A stretch of DNA of 64,000 nucleotides. It comes from an uncultured archaeon (GTDB taxonomy: Archaea > Thermoproteota > Bathyarchaeia > Bathyarchaeales > Bathycorpusculaceae). The stretch spans positions 171,733 to 235,732 of the forward strand of contig CAWALK010000001.1 in assembly GCA_963782915.1 (NCBI GenBank). Direction: 5' to 3'. The notes beneath the pieces are model-generated. The model saw nothing but the letters and a program-made list of their open reading frames with translations, was not told the DNA's origin and searched no databases. Positions 31,853 to 42,299 of this stretch are shown here, piece after piece (within the stretch, counting starts at the first letter, position 1; each line of letters begins with the position of its first letter). The position numbers and the translations under genes were made by a program.

Positions 31853-32479
31853 TTGACTGATGCTTGGCGAGAACCCTACCACGTAGTAATCGAAATCGAA
31901 AACAAAGAATGCAAAATGGTCGAAAAACTCGCATCACTCGGTTTTAAACATCTTAAAGTTGTAGATGTACGAAGCTCCAGCACGGGTTCCGTACGCCACC
32001 TCATGGATGTAGGCGAAGACCAAGCCAAAAAAGTACCCAAAGAACTCTCAGCCCCCGGACATGTCGAAGGCAAATCCGCGGTTTGGCTGGAAAGCAAAGG
32101 CTGCGGCGTATGCAACACCATCCTTGGGCATGACGCTTTTCTGGTATCAGGCAAGAGCATGCAGGACAACATCATATCCTACAGTTTCATGGTGCCCACC
32201 CACGATGCTTATCGGGGTATTATTGAGGATTTGGAGAAAGCGGGTTACAAGGTGAATGTGCGTAAGGTGGGTAAGTTTGAGCAGCAGATTGGGGTTTTAA
32301 CTGAGAATCAGGAGCGGATTTTTTGGTTGGCGTTGAAGAGTGGGTTTTTTGATTATCCCAGGCAGGTTGGGTTGGCTGAGTTGTCTTCTAAGTTGGGGGT
32401 TAGTCCTGCGACGCTTTCGGAGATTATGCGGCGGGGTACAAGGCGGCTGCTTGAGCACTATTTTAAGCGTGAACTCTAA
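31853..32479 (+). CDS. HTH_10 (bacterio-opsin activator-type) transcription regulator
   Basis: LTENQERIFWLALKSGFFDYPRQVGLAELSSKLGVSPATLSEIMRRG. Confidence 0.9.
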   Translation: MTDAWREPYHVVIEIENKECKMVEKLASLGFKHLKVVDVRSSSTGSVRHLMDVGEDQAKKVPKELSAPGHVEGKSAVWLESKGCGVCNTILGHDAFLVSGKSMQDNIISYSFMVPTHDAYRGIIEDLEKAGYKVNVRKVGKFEQQIGVLTENQERIFWLALKSGFFDYPRQVGLAELSSKLGVSPATLSEIMRRGTRRLLEHYFKREL

Positions 32480-32545
32480 TTCTCTATTTGGGCTATGTTG
32501 GAGACCCAACTTCTTTGTGTTTTATTCTACAATATTCTTAGCAAC

Positions 32546-33213
32546 TTAGAGTTCCGACTTCAACTCTGCATAAATTGAATCAGCAATTATCTGGGCACCA
32601 TGGCCGTTTGGATGAACCCCATCCGTAAAATAGTCCGAGTGATCCAGTAGCGGCGTATTAGCGTCTATGAGGTGTACGCCTGTCTGGTTAGCTACGGTTT
32701 GGATGCTGGGCAAAATAGTTTCTACGAGAATGCTGTTTTTCAGCGGTAGGGTGTTGTCGAAGATTGGTGGAGGCTGCACTATCCATATTTTTGGGTTGCT
32801 TGGGAGCGATTGGAATGCAGTTATCAGCGTAACATAATCCGAAATATACTCTGAAGCTGACTCGTTTAAGTCCTTGTTTGCATCGTTAGTGCCCAACATG
32901 ATGATTACTATGGTTGGTTGGAATTCTTTGGCGAGGTTAAATGCGGAGGAGTTCATGTATGGGTTGCCCATGTTTATGGATACGGTTGTTCCGCCGACGC
33001 CGAAGTCTCCTATAACGTAGTCGGGTCCTAAGTGGCTCCAGAGGTCAAGGGTGTATTCGGTGCCTCTTGTTATGCTATCGCCAACACAAGCCACTCGAAT
33101 GGGCACATTTGGTTGCGGTTTTAGGTGTTGATCTGAAGCACATATGCTTCTGCGCCTGCTAAAACGATTAGAACAGCGATTGCAACAGACAGCAGCTTAA
33201 TTGTGCGGTTCAT
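32546..33213 (-). CDS. Secreted SGNH/GDSL hydrolase; signal-peptide part frameshifted
   Basis: GDSIT, LGTND and DGVHP motifs. Confidence 0.9.
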
Positions 33214-33455
33214 GACTCCTCAATGTAGTAGCTTTGCACTTTTAAGCATTAAAAAAGACAGCGCAAAAAGTACCTCTCCATCCATGATTCAAGTACCAGT
33301 TTTACGTAAATAACTTAATATCACCCGACTATGACTTAAAGCCAATAAAAACGTTAAAGACTAAACATTCTATGTTTAGTTTGTCTTAAGGTTGGATTCA
33401 TTTAACCGATTTTACCAAGACTATACGTTTCTAACAATAACGGACTGAACCATAC

Positions 33456-34712
33456 TTGAAAATTGAAGTGCTCGGAGGAGCTAGAGAAGTAGGAGGCTCC
33501 TGCATATCAGTCGAAACCGACTCCGCAAAGGTCGCGCTAGACTACGGTACAAAACTCGAAGAAGAAATGAAAAAATTACCCAAAGATTTCGACGCCGTAG
33601 TAATCAGCCACGCCCACCTAGACCACACCGGCAGTCTCTTGAGCTTATGCAAAAATAACAGCCCAACAATAATCGGCTCAGACATCACACGCGAAGTCAC
33701 AGTAGACCTTCTCCATGACATGGTGAAAATCCAGAATGAGAAAGGCATCTTTGACTTCGACGACAGCACCGCTGAAAAGGTTGGCGCATGCTGGTGGAAC
33801 AGAGACTCAGTTGCTCTACCCGGCTTAAGCATAAAGTTGCAATCTGCCGGTCACGTTGCAGGCGCAAAAATCACCAGCATAGAATCAGAAAATAAAAGAA
33901 TCCTCTACACAGGCGACATCTGCATGCACGACACCGAAATCCTGCAGGGCTGCCGACTTGAAACACTCCCCAAAAAACCGGACGTACTAATCACTGAATC
34001 AACTTATGGCGGCAAAGTCAGGTTACCCAGAGAGGAACTGGTTAACCAATTCATGCAGCAACTCCACGTTACCATGAAACGGGGCGGAAACGTCTTGATT
34101 CCCACCTTTGCCTTCCACCGTAGCCAAGAAATGGCCAAGCGAATCGACAGTGCCATGCAAGCCGGAATACTGCCACGCTACAACGTGTACACAATCTCCA
34201 ATTTAGCCCACAGAATAAACGGCTACTTCAACAAAAACAAATTCCTATTCACAAAAGAAATCAAAGCGCAAAAGCAACCCTTTACATACCGCTACGTCAG
34301 GCACCTCTACAGAACCCAACAGATAGAATCACCCGCCATCGTCATCTGCACCTCAGGATTTGGCCACGCAGGCGCAAGCTTACGACTACTCACAGAGTGG
34401 GCAGAAAACAAAGACAACTCCATAATCTTAACCTCAGGATACCTCCCACCAGACAGCCCCCTAAAACAGGCCAAAGAGGAACACTTCTTCAAAACAGATG
34501 AAGGCTCCTTCGAGGTCAACGCCGAAGTAAAACAGATCGAACTCTCAGGACACGCCGACCAAACTGAACTGGTCCAGATGGTGAGCAAACTAAAGCCAAA
34601 ACGTACAGTGCTCGTCCACGGCGACCTCGAACAGGCAGAACTGCTTTCCGAGAAAATCGGCGAAATGACCGATGTGTGCATCCCAGAAAGGGATGACGTA
34701 ATAGACGTTTAA
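33456..34712 (+). CDS. Beta-CASP metallo-beta-lactamase ribonuclease (no KH domains)
   Basis: LGGAREVG, SHAHLDH, AGHVAG, YTGD, ESTYG, SGHAD and VHG motifs. Confidence 0.93.
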   Translation: MKIEVLGGAREVGGSCISVETDSAKVALDYGTKLEEEMKKLPKDFDAVVISHAHLDHTGSLLSLCKNNSPTIIGSDITREVTVDLLHDMVKIQNEKGIFDFDDSTAEKVGACWWNRDSVALPGLSIKLQSAGHVAGAKITSIESENKRILYTGDICMHDTEILQGCRLETLPKKPDVLITESTYGGKVRLPREELVNQFMQQLHVTMKRGGNVLIPTFAFHRSQEMAKRIDSAMQAGILPRYNVYTISNLAHRINGYFNKNKFLFTKEIKAQKQPFTYRYVRHLYRTQQIESPAIVICTSGFGHAGASLRLLTEWAENKDNSIILTSGYLPPDSPLKQAKEEHFFKTDEGSFEVNAEVKQIELSGHADQTELVQMVSKLKPKRTVLVHGDLEQAELLSEKIGEMTDVCIPERDDVIDV

Positions 34713-34924
34713 GGCCCTGAGTGCCTGTCTATTTTCCTTTTTCCGTACTAAACACGGCATAGTATGGGGTTTGTTAATTTTTGTTCACCTTTGCGAAGTA
34801 GACTTAACCAAGTTTGCCCTCTCCACTTTGCAAGTTTGCGAAGCCCTGAATGCTAAATAGCGAATTTTGCTTTCTAAAAACCGTTAACTATCCAGTTGTT
34901 AGCGTTAACTAATGTGAGACCCAG

Positions 34925-35161
34925 ATGACTCAAGAAAAACCAGTAACTATGCAATCAAAAGCTAACAAGAAAATGCCAGTCTTCACCTGTTCATGTGGCG
35001 CAAAGATACTGATTGTTCCCGATTTACGTGAGATGACTAAAGCGATAAAAGCTCATGAACTCGAACATAGAATGTTAACTGGCAAGCATATGTCAGAAGA
35101 TGCGATAGCGGAGCAGATCATTATGGTTTTAGGTGAGCATTTCAGGGGATCCGTTGCCTAG
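34925..35161 (+). CDS. Small putative zinc-binding protein
   Basis: CSCG...HELEH; 78 aa. Confidence 0.65.
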   Translation: MTQEKPVTMQSKANKKMPVFTCSCGAKILIVPDLREMTKAIKAHELEHRMLTGKHMSEDAIAEQIIMVLGEHFRGSVA

Positions 35162-35170
35162 TTTTTGTGT

Positions 35171-36442
35171 TTACCCTTTTTTGTATCTTAAAAGCGCTGC
35201 AAAGCCTCCCAGCGCCGTTAACTGGTCTTTTTCTTTTGAAGCAGACGAAATCACTTCAACAGCCGAATCTTTTTGCGCTGCCAAATCCTCAAGGGCATCC
35301 ACAATATCCCTCTCTCTAAACTCATAGGAGACGGCACCGCATTTTTCGCATGGCACCTTCGTCATTTCCTCTGCGGCTTTAGCTTTCGATTGGGTGATGG
35401 CTTTTTTTGGGTAGCCACAGTTTCTGCATACCGCAACTACCTCAACCACATCTGTGTCATCCGTTACCAGTGCGACTTGCACTTCTCCTCGGCTTAGCGC
35501 ATCTAAAACAGAGTCTAAACCATACGTAGCTAAACCATTCTGTTTAGCCAACTCCACTGAGAGTCGCTCGATGAGTTTTTTCTCTTCAGGCCCACACATA
35601 TTACTCAATAACTCGGTTGATTTGGCGTAAATCTCTCTAAGCGCCGCCTTATCTGCCGATTGAGTATCGACGACGTTTAGAAGCATGTTACTTAACTCGT
35701 AATGCAGGAATTCGCCCTTCAGAAAATCATTCTTTGTTTGCCCCGGGCCACCCGCTATCAAAACGTTAACGTGGTTTTCAAGAAAAGCCTTGGCTGCGTG
35801 TTCTGCGATTCTGTGGAAGAAGTAGGTGAGTTCCATGTCGCGTTCTCTCTCATATCGCCTCTGGCTTTGACCGCCCTTCCCCGTTTTCCCAGGAACCCCC
35901 GAGGAGATGGTTTCGATTGATTCTACCTGTTCGCCCCTGAGGAGCCCAAAGCTTGCCTGTTTAGCGTCTAGGGCGAGGACGCCGACGATTTTCGGGTCTC
36001 TTAGCATCTCTCTTAGCGGTTCTAAATGGAAATGGTCATCTGCAAAGTAGCGGTAAGCCGTGATTGGTTCGGGTGGGATTAACTCCTCAACTCCTAATGA
36101 CTCTTTTTCTGTTCCCTCAGCGGCGTAGGTTCCGGCGAACAGGGCTAATCCATTCTCTGAGATTTCCTTGTGCTGCTTAAGTTGCTGTACTACAATTTTT
36201 AAGGTATCTTGAAGCTGTTGCTTTTCCCTCTCAGATTCTGAGGTGGCACATTCAGATTCCTTCTTTATTGCGGCGATTACTTGCTCCAGTGCCGTTTTTG
36301 GTTGCAGGTATAGTGAGATGAAATCTTTGGTTTTGCTTTCCTTGTCTGAGAGGTATGCTATGCGTTTGCGGAGTTTATGCTGCTTAACGGAGTGGGTGGA
36401 TGCTATTTGACATGAATAAAAACGGGTATTTTCGGTTGTCAA
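35171..36442 (-). CDS. aRF1/eRF1 paralog with intact GGQ but degenerate N-domain decoding motifs
   Basis: ISLY, ENGLALFAG, PPEPI, GKGGQSQRRYER, zinc ribbon CRNC...CEKC and LGGFAALLRY; NIKS absent; GGTGA SD before TTG. Confidence 0.92.
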   Translation of the reverse strand: MTTENTRFYSCQIASTHSVKQHKLRKRIAYLSDKESKTKDFISLYLQPKTALEQVIAAIKKESECATSESEREKQQLQDTLKIVVQQLKQHKEISENGLALFAGTYAAEGTEKESLGVEELIPPEPITAYRYFADDHFHLEPLREMLRDPKIVGVLALDAKQASFGLLRGEQVESIETISSGVPGKTGKGGQSQRRYERERDMELTYFFHRIAEHAAKAFLENHVNVLIAGGPGQTKNDFLKGEFLHYELSNMLLNVVDTQSADKAALREIYAKSTELLSNMCGPEEKKLIERLSVELAKQNGLATYGLDSVLDALSRGEVQVALVTDDTDVVEVVAVCRNCGYPKKAITQSKAKAAEEMTKVPCEKCGAVSYEFRERDIVDALEDLAAQKDSAVEVISSASKEKDQLTALGGFAALLRYKKG

Positions 36443-36466
36443 AAATTTTCACCAAAATTAGTTTTA

Positions 36467-36552
36467 TGGTTCAGGCGGTTGATTCGAACCTACGAACCTC
36501 TGCAGGATAGGTCCTGAAGCCTACGCCTTTGACCTGGCTCGGCGACCCCTGC
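36467..36552 (-). tRNA. tRNA-Leu(CAG)-like gene with degenerate anticodon, T and acceptor stems (pseudo-tRNA or tRNA-like RNA)
   Basis: GCAGGGGTCGCCGAGCCAGGTCAAAGGCG-TAGGCTTCAGGACCTAT-CCTGCAGAGG-TTCGTAGGTTCGAATC-AACCGCCTGAACCA; D arm and variable arm are typical archaeal Leu; 3' strand mismatched. Confidence 0.8.
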
Positions 36553-36679
36553 ACACATCGTTTGCTCTATTAAAAATAATTCAGACTGATAAATATATGC
36601 CGTTTAGCATTCGGTATCTTCTCGGTTATTAAAGCTTAAATCGCTATCTCGCCAGCTATAATGGTAAGGATGCATTGTT

Positions 36680-37279
36680 ATGGCTCTTGGCTGGAAGGAT
36701 TGGAGTAAAAAAGACTTAATCTACGGCATAATTGTACCCGTCATCGTTGTTTTAGTAATCGTGGGTTTCTCAAAAATCCCCTCACTCGTCGGTTACACCT
36801 CCGATAGTGCTGGATTAGTAATCGGCATAACCATGATGCTCCTCGAGTTAACGCTTATCGTCGTGGTTCCGTTGATGCTTGGGTTAATCTGGAACAGCTG
36901 GGCAGGCGGCGCATCAGGCTTCATAATGGGTGCTTTCTATGCCCAGTACTGGTCCAGCAGCTTCCATGGCATCGCCGGTTCAGGCACAGTCCTAATCGCC
37001 TACATCTTAAGTGCAATGCTAATCGGTTACATGGCTGGCGCATTGAATAAGCGCTCGGAGGACTTCCGCAGAATGCTCATCTCAGGCGTAATCGCAACAA
37101 CAATCGGCGGTATAATGCTCTTTGGCATCTTTCAGCTCTCAACAGCCAACGTGGTAACTGGTATAGATGGGTTGGCATTGACACTGCTGCCACGGATAGC
37201 CTGCGGAGCAATAATTGCTGCTATCGCGAAGGTGTTCCACTGGTACGGAATGGGCATTAAAGAAAAAACAAATCAATAA
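36680..37279 (+). CDS. Six-TM membrane protein (ECF S-component-like size and topology)
   Basis: 199 aa, about six hydrophobic helices, WAGGASGFIMG. Confidence 0.7.
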   Translation: MALGWKDWSKKDLIYGIIVPVIVVLVIVGFSKIPSLVGYTSDSAGLVIGITMMLLELTLIVVVPLMLGLIWNSWAGGASGFIMGAFYAQYWSSSFHGIAGSGTVLIAYILSAMLIGYMAGALNKRSEDFRRMLISGVIATTIGGIMLFGIFQLSTANVVTGIDGLALTLLPRIACGAIIAAIAKVFHWYGMGIKEKTNQ

Positions 37280-37311
37280 CTTTCTTTTCTTAATTACTGA
37301 GGCGACTTGAG

Positions 37312-37473
37312 ATGGGTCACCCTGTTTGTGAAAGAAAAAAGTGCATAAACTGGAAAAAGGGGCAATGTTCCCTACTTGACCCTGAAAGGGCTGGAGAAGA
37401 CTGCCTCGATTTCGAGGACGCAATGGATTTTCTGCGACTAAAAGCAGACGCAATAAGGGGAACCTTAGGCTAA
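37312..37473 (+). CDS. Small four-cysteine protein (53 aa)
   Basis: Hand-translated MGHPVCERKKCINWKKGQCSLLDPERAGEDCLDFEDAMDFLRLKADAIRGTLG; GAGG upstream. Confidence 0.6.
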   Translation: MGHPVCERKKCINWKKGQCSLLDPERAGEDCLDFEDAMDFLRLKADAIRGTLG

Positions 37474-37873
37474 ACTGTCTAAGAGTTCCTGTACTCTTCG
37501 TTCGATGTCATCCCTGATTTCCCGTACTTTCTCGACTGGTTTGCCTTTGGGGTCTTCAAGCGCCCAATCCACCACTGGTACAAAAAACGGGCCGGGACAA
37601 ATACCCTGAGCACTGCAACCCATGGTAACCACCAAATCCGCATCCGCTCGCCATCTTGGCAGTAATCAACTTGGGTTTATTTGCGGAAATGTCGATGCCC
37701 CGCTCTTTCATAGCTTCAACCACGACGGGGTTAACTGTTTCTGCGGGTTTGTTGCCAGCGCTGGATGCATTGATTTTGCCTTCTCCGTATTTTTTGGCAA
37801 ACGCTTCGGCCATCTGGCTTCTGCCAGCATTTTCTATGCAGACAAAAAGGATTTTCTTCAATATAATCGCCAT
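37465..37873 (-). CDS. arsC: Arsenate reductase (LMW-PTPase fold), frameshifted
   Basis: LFVCIENAGRSQMAE; VVTMGC, CP and LEDPKGK in the second frame. Confidence 0.88.
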
Positions 37874-37874
37874 A

Positions 37875-38160
37875 TTACTCTTTTGTTTTTTTAAGTTTAT
37901 CAATTATTGTCTGCGTTTGCTCTTCGTCTGGATGCGATATGGCTCCTGCTGGGCAGATGTCTTCGCATCCTCTGCAGAATACGACACATCGGTTGGGGTT
38001 GACTATGGTTTTTTTCTTGCCGTCGATAGTTTCTGTTTTGAAGGCTTTCATGTGACAGAATTCTACGCATTTGCCGCATGTTGTGCATTTGGTGTAGTCT
38101 ATTTTTGGGTCCCAGGGAATTTTGCTGCGGGGGATTCCTTGGTATTCTTTTTCTGACCAT
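37875..38160 (-). CDS. 2x[4Fe-4S] ferredoxin, frameshift just after the start codon
   Basis: Hand-translated EKEYQGIPRSKIPWDPKIDYTKCTTCGKCVEFC...RCVVFCRGCEDICPAGAI. Confidence 0.88.
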
Positions 38161-38238
38161 TGGGGTTTCTCCTCTTATCGTTGTTTAATAATTAAAATAT
38201 AACAACTTTTAAATATTGTTATAGATAATCTGGGTTAC

Positions 38239-38566
38239 ATGCCCAATAACCCGGAAAACAGCAACCGATTCAAATCAACAGTTTTCCACGCCCTCTCCGA
38301 CCCAATACGACTCGAAATAGTATCCTACTTACGCGACGGCGAAAAATGCGTCTGCGAAATCGTCCCCCACCTCAACCTAATCCAGCCACTCGTCTCTCGC
38401 CACCTAAAAATCCTAAAGGACGCAGGAATAGTACAGATGCCGAAAAGACGGAACCAAACGCATGTACTCCATCGTTGACCAAAAAATATTCAAAATCATT
38501 GATGCATTAACCCCTGAACTGGTCGGTGCCCTTACAAAAGAGGCTTACCAAAACGCATTCTGCTAG
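38239..38566 (+). CDS. arsR: ArsR/SmtB repressor, frameshift near 38435
   Basis: FHALSDPIRLEI, EKCVCEI and VSRHLKILKDAG. Confidence 0.9.
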
Positions 38567-38578
38567 GCGAAGTGTATC

Positions 38579-39655
38579 TTGGAAACAAAACAAGAGCACG
38601 TAAAGAAAGAATTATCCTTAGGACTTTGGGAAAAGTACCTGACCGTCTGGATAGCAATCTGCATAGTTGTCGGTTTACTCGTTGGAAGATTTATTCCTGA
38701 ATTTGGGCATTTTATGGATTCATTAAAGTATGCCCAATTATCCATACCGATTGGCATATTGCTTTTCTTCATGATGTATCCAACAGTGGTCGGAATACAG
38801 TTTGGCGACGTAAAAAAAGCGGTTAAAAATCCTAAACCCCTTATTGTAACTGTAATTGCTAACTGGCTAATTGCTCCGCCGCTCATGACGCTTTTGGCAA
38901 ACGTCTTTTTCCCTGGAAACCCACAATTCATGGCAGGTCTAATCCTTCTGGGCTTGTCCCCTTGTACAGCGATGGTTATGTGGTGGATGTTTCTTGCCCG
39001 AGGCGACATGGCACAAGGACTCATTAACACAGCCGTCAACGCTTTGCTCATGCTTGCGCTCTATGCGCCTTTGGCAGCCATCTACTTGGGCGTAAGCAGC
39101 ATACCTGTTCCATGGGACTTAATCGCCATCAGTGTTCTTGTGTTCATTGCACTTCCAGTTGGAGCAGGGGCGTTGTCTCGGCGGATAGTTATAAAAAAGA
39201 AAGGGGTTGAATGGTTCAAAGACAAATTCAATCCAGTGGTGGGCAAAATCTCCATCGTTGCACTGTTGTTGACTTTGATTGTGCTGTTCTCGTTTGAGGG
39301 GCAAACAATCCTCAATAACCCGCTTCTGGTCGGCTACCTTGCAGTACCCCTCCTGATACACTACGCCATAATGATAGCATGGACCTATCCCCTCGGCTAC
39401 TTCTTAGGCTGGAAATACGAGAGCGCCATCGACACAACCATCATCGGTGCCAGCAGCCATTTTGAAGTAGCCATTGCAGTAGCAGTCACACTCTTTGGCA
39501 TAGGGTCGGGTGCAGCATTAGCTACAGTTATTGGTCCACTCTTAGAGGTGCCGCTTATGCTATTGCTGGTAAAGCTTGGTTTACGCACAAGAAAGCACTT
39601 CCCAAGAAAGAAAAAGGGCACCATAACAAATCAGAATAATGAGGAAGCAAAATGA
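38579..39655 (+). CDS. acr3: Acr3 arsenite efflux transporter
   Basis: [30 protein letters not shown] and GPLLEVP motifs. Confidence 0.95.
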   Translation: METKQEHVKKELSLGLWEKYLTVWIAICIVVGLLVGRFIPEFGHFMDSLKYAQLSIPIGILLFFMMYPTVVGIQFGDVKKAVKNPKPLIVTVIANWLIAPPLMTLLANVFFPGNPQFMAGLILLGLSPCTAMVMWWMFLARGDMAQGLINTAVNALLMLALYAPLAAIYLGVSSIPVPWDLIAISVLVFIALPVGAGALSRRIVIKKKGVEWFKDKFNPVVGKISIVALLLTLIVLFSFEGQTILNNPLLVGYLAVPLLIHYAIMIAWTYPLGYFLGWKYESAIDTTIIGASSHFEVAIAVAVTLFGIGSGAALATVIGPLLEVPLMLLLVKLGLRTRKHFPRKKKGTITNQNNEEAK

Positions 39656-40413
39656 AAAACACAAATGATGAAGTAAAGAAAACAGTCAAAAAAGCATACT
39701 CCAAAATAGCCACCAACAGCAACTCCTGCTGCTGTCAATGCGGCTGCGGAACCCTCGATGAGAAAACCAAAAAGAAAGTATCCAAAAGCATAGGGTACTC
39801 CGAAGAAGAAATCAACGCCGTCCCCGAAGCTAACCTTGGGCTTGGCTGCGGCAACCCCACCGCTTTTAGCAGCATCAAAGAAGGCAACACGGTGCTTGAT
39901 CTTGGAAGCGGCGCAGGTTTTGACTGTTTCTTAGCCTCCAAAAAAGTGGGCAAAACAGGCAAAGTCATCGGCTTAGACATGACCGAGGAAATGATAGCTA
40001 AAGCCAGAAGCCTCGCCAAAGAACACGGCTACACAAACGTTGAATTCAGGTTAGGTGACATCGAAAAGATGCCCCTTGAGGATGGCTCCGTTGATGTCAT
40101 CATCAGTAACTGCGTCATCAACCTCGCACCAAACAAGTCCGCTGTCTTCAAAGAAGCCTACCGCGTGCTCAAGAGCGGCGGCAAAATGTATGTCTCAGAC
40201 ATAGTTTTGCTTGGGAAGCTAACAGAGGAGCAATTGAATGATGAGGACCTGCTTTCCGGCTGTGTTGCTGGTGCCCTGCAAAAAGACGACTACATCGGCA
40301 AGATAGAGCAGGCAGGCTTTAAAGTCAACATTCTGGGCGAGGATAAGGAAATCAGCAAAACCCAGTACAGTGGGTTAGCGCTTGAGAGCATAAAAATCGA
40401 GGCTCAAAAATAG
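39652..40413 (+). CDS. arsM: Arsenite S-adenosylmethionine methyltransferase
   Basis: [27 protein letters not shown] and GCVAGA motifs. Confidence 0.95.
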   Translation: MKNTNDEVKKTVKKAYSKIATNSNSCCCQCGCGTLDEKTKKKVSKSIGYSEEEINAVPEANLGLGCGNPTAFSSIKEGNTVLDLGSGAGFDCFLASKKVGKTGKVIGLDMTEEMIAKARSLAKEHGYTNVEFRLGDIEKMPLEDGSVDVIISNCVINLAPNKSAVFKEAYRVLKSGGKMYVSDIVLLGKLTEEQLNDEDLLSGCVAGALQKDDYIGKIEQAGFKVNILGEDKEISKTQYSGLALESIKIEAQK

Positions 40414-40420
40414 AGGGATA

Positions 40421-41697
40421 ATGATGCGAAAAAATCTAGTTAGCGTTATTTTGTTGGCTCTTTTGGTCTTCCCATTAATATCAGCTGTGGGGACAGTAGC
40501 TGCCTCTTCAGATGATTGGACAATGTTCCGCCATGACCCAACTCACACAGGCACTTCATCCACAGCCCCCGCAACAACCAGTAGTTTGCTTTGGAATTTT
40601 ACAACTGGCGCTCCAATGGGTGCATCCGCCGCAATCCTCGATGGCAAAGTATATGTGCCCTCAAACGACGGCACCGTCTACTGCCTAAACGCGGCAGACG
40701 GATCTCAAGTTTGGGCTTACACAACTCCCTCGAAAGGCGCAATCAGCTCCTCCATCGCCATCGCAGACGGCCATGCCTACTTCGGAAGCTACGACTCAAA
40801 CGTGTACTGTTTAGACATCGCAAGCGGCGCAAAAGTTTGGACCTATAAAACTGGCAACAGCATACAATCTTCCCCAGCAGTCGCAGATGGCCACGTCTAT
40901 GTTGGTTCATGGGATGGTAACCTCTACTGCCTCGACGCTTCAAGCGGCAACAAGGTATGGAACTATACAACGGGCGGCCTGGTAGACTCTTCTCCAGCGG
41001 TTGTAGACGGTCATGTGTATTTTGGGTCGGCTGATAAGAACGTGTACTGCCTTGATGCAACAACGGGCGCAAAAGTTTGGAGTTATGCAACTGGAGCTAC
41101 GATACAGTCCTCACCCGCAGTCGTCGATGGCTATGTCTACATTGGCTCGCAAGATAACAACGTCTACTGCCTCAACGCAGCTACTGGCGAGAAAGTCTGG
41201 AATTTTCAAGAACAGGGCTTAGTTGATTCTTCCCCATGCAGTCGCCAACGGGTTTGTCTACATTGGTTCAGGTGTCCTTGACAGTAGCGCAGACAAGAAC
41301 GTTTACTGCCTAAACGCAACTACAGGCTCAAAAAGTTTGGAGCTACGAAACATATGACGGCATCTACTCCTCTCCCGCGGTCGCTGGCAACTACGTTTAC
41401 GTGGGCGGCTGGGATGGAAACCTCTACTGCCTAAACGCCTCAAGCGGTGAAAGTTTGTGGTCTTACACAACTAAGGATAACATCAGCGCTTCCCCGGCAA
41501 TTTCCGGAGGCGTTGTCTACATTACTTCTTGGGACCGCAACGTTTACGCTTTAGGCGCTTCGCAGGCAACAAATCAACCGGTTGTTGGTATGGACTCTTG
41601 GGTACTTGTTGTAATAGCGGTAGTCATTGTTGTGGTTGTCGCAGCTTTGATTGTGATTTTGCGGGGAAAATCGCGCTCTAAGAAGTTTAGAAAATAA
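40421..41697 (+). CDS. Secreted PQQ-like beta-propeller repeat protein with C-terminal TM, frameshifted
   Basis: WTMFRHD followed by repeats SSPAVxDGxVYxGSxDxNVYCLxAxxGxKVW. Confidence 0.88.
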
Positions 41698-41797
41698 GTT
41701 ATTCCCTTATCTTTTCTCTTTTTTTAAACTGTTTTTAGTAAGCATATATATTATATAGTTAAAAATAATTAGTATAATCAAAAAGAAATTAGTATAG

Positions 41798-42109
41798 TTG
41801 GAAAGAAATCTTATGCCTGATTTCCAAGAGCCAAAAAAAGAAGTCACAGTCGGCGGCGAAGAAGCACTAAAAGTTGCAGACGCACTCACCGCAACAACCA
41901 TGAAAATGCTCAAGTTGCTTTGGATTGAACCTCTGGATGTTTCCACAATAGGCAAAAAACTGGGTTTCAGCCAAGCTTATATCAGCGAGCAAGTGAAGAT
42001 TCTTGAAGAGCTAAAACTTCTTAATGTAACTTATCTACCCGGCAAGAGGGGTATCAGAAAGGTTTGCTCGCCAGCGGTTGAAAAGGTAACTTTGCTTATC
42101 AAAGAATAA
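41798..42109 (+). CDS. ArsR-like winged-HTH regulator
   Basis: LDVSTIGKKLGFSQAYISEQVKILEELKLL. Confidence 0.8.
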   Translation: MERNLMPDFQEPKKEVTVGGEEALKVADALTATTMKMLKLLWIEPLDVSTIGKKLGFSQAYISEQVKILEELKLLNVTYLPGKRGIRKVCSPAVEKVTLLIKE

Positions 42110-42299
42110 ATGAAATAATACTGATTGTCTTTCATCCGTTTTCTCCTCTTTATTCTTAGAACATTCCCTATTTGGGTGATAGAAACGCATGTATGGGTAT
42201 ATCCATATTTGTATCGGTAAATAGGAATATTTATATCTAAAAAGCCATGCAAACAGGCAGAGGATACACAAAAAAGGGGTAACCGGGAGGGGAAACAAC

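Noticed and set aside
36467-36552. tRNA-Sec or UGA suppressor (TCA reading of the loop) implying genome-wide recoding
   Set aside because: The body is Leu-type without the long Sec acceptor and D stems. TGA ends several clear genes here (23874, 39655, 43622, 44719, 47254), and gene breaks are frameshifts rather than in-frame stops.
40640-41560. Tandem ~120-bp repeats as a CRISPR-like or DGR-like array
   Set aside because: They are coding beta-propeller blades with synonymous variation; there are no spacers, cas or RT genes.
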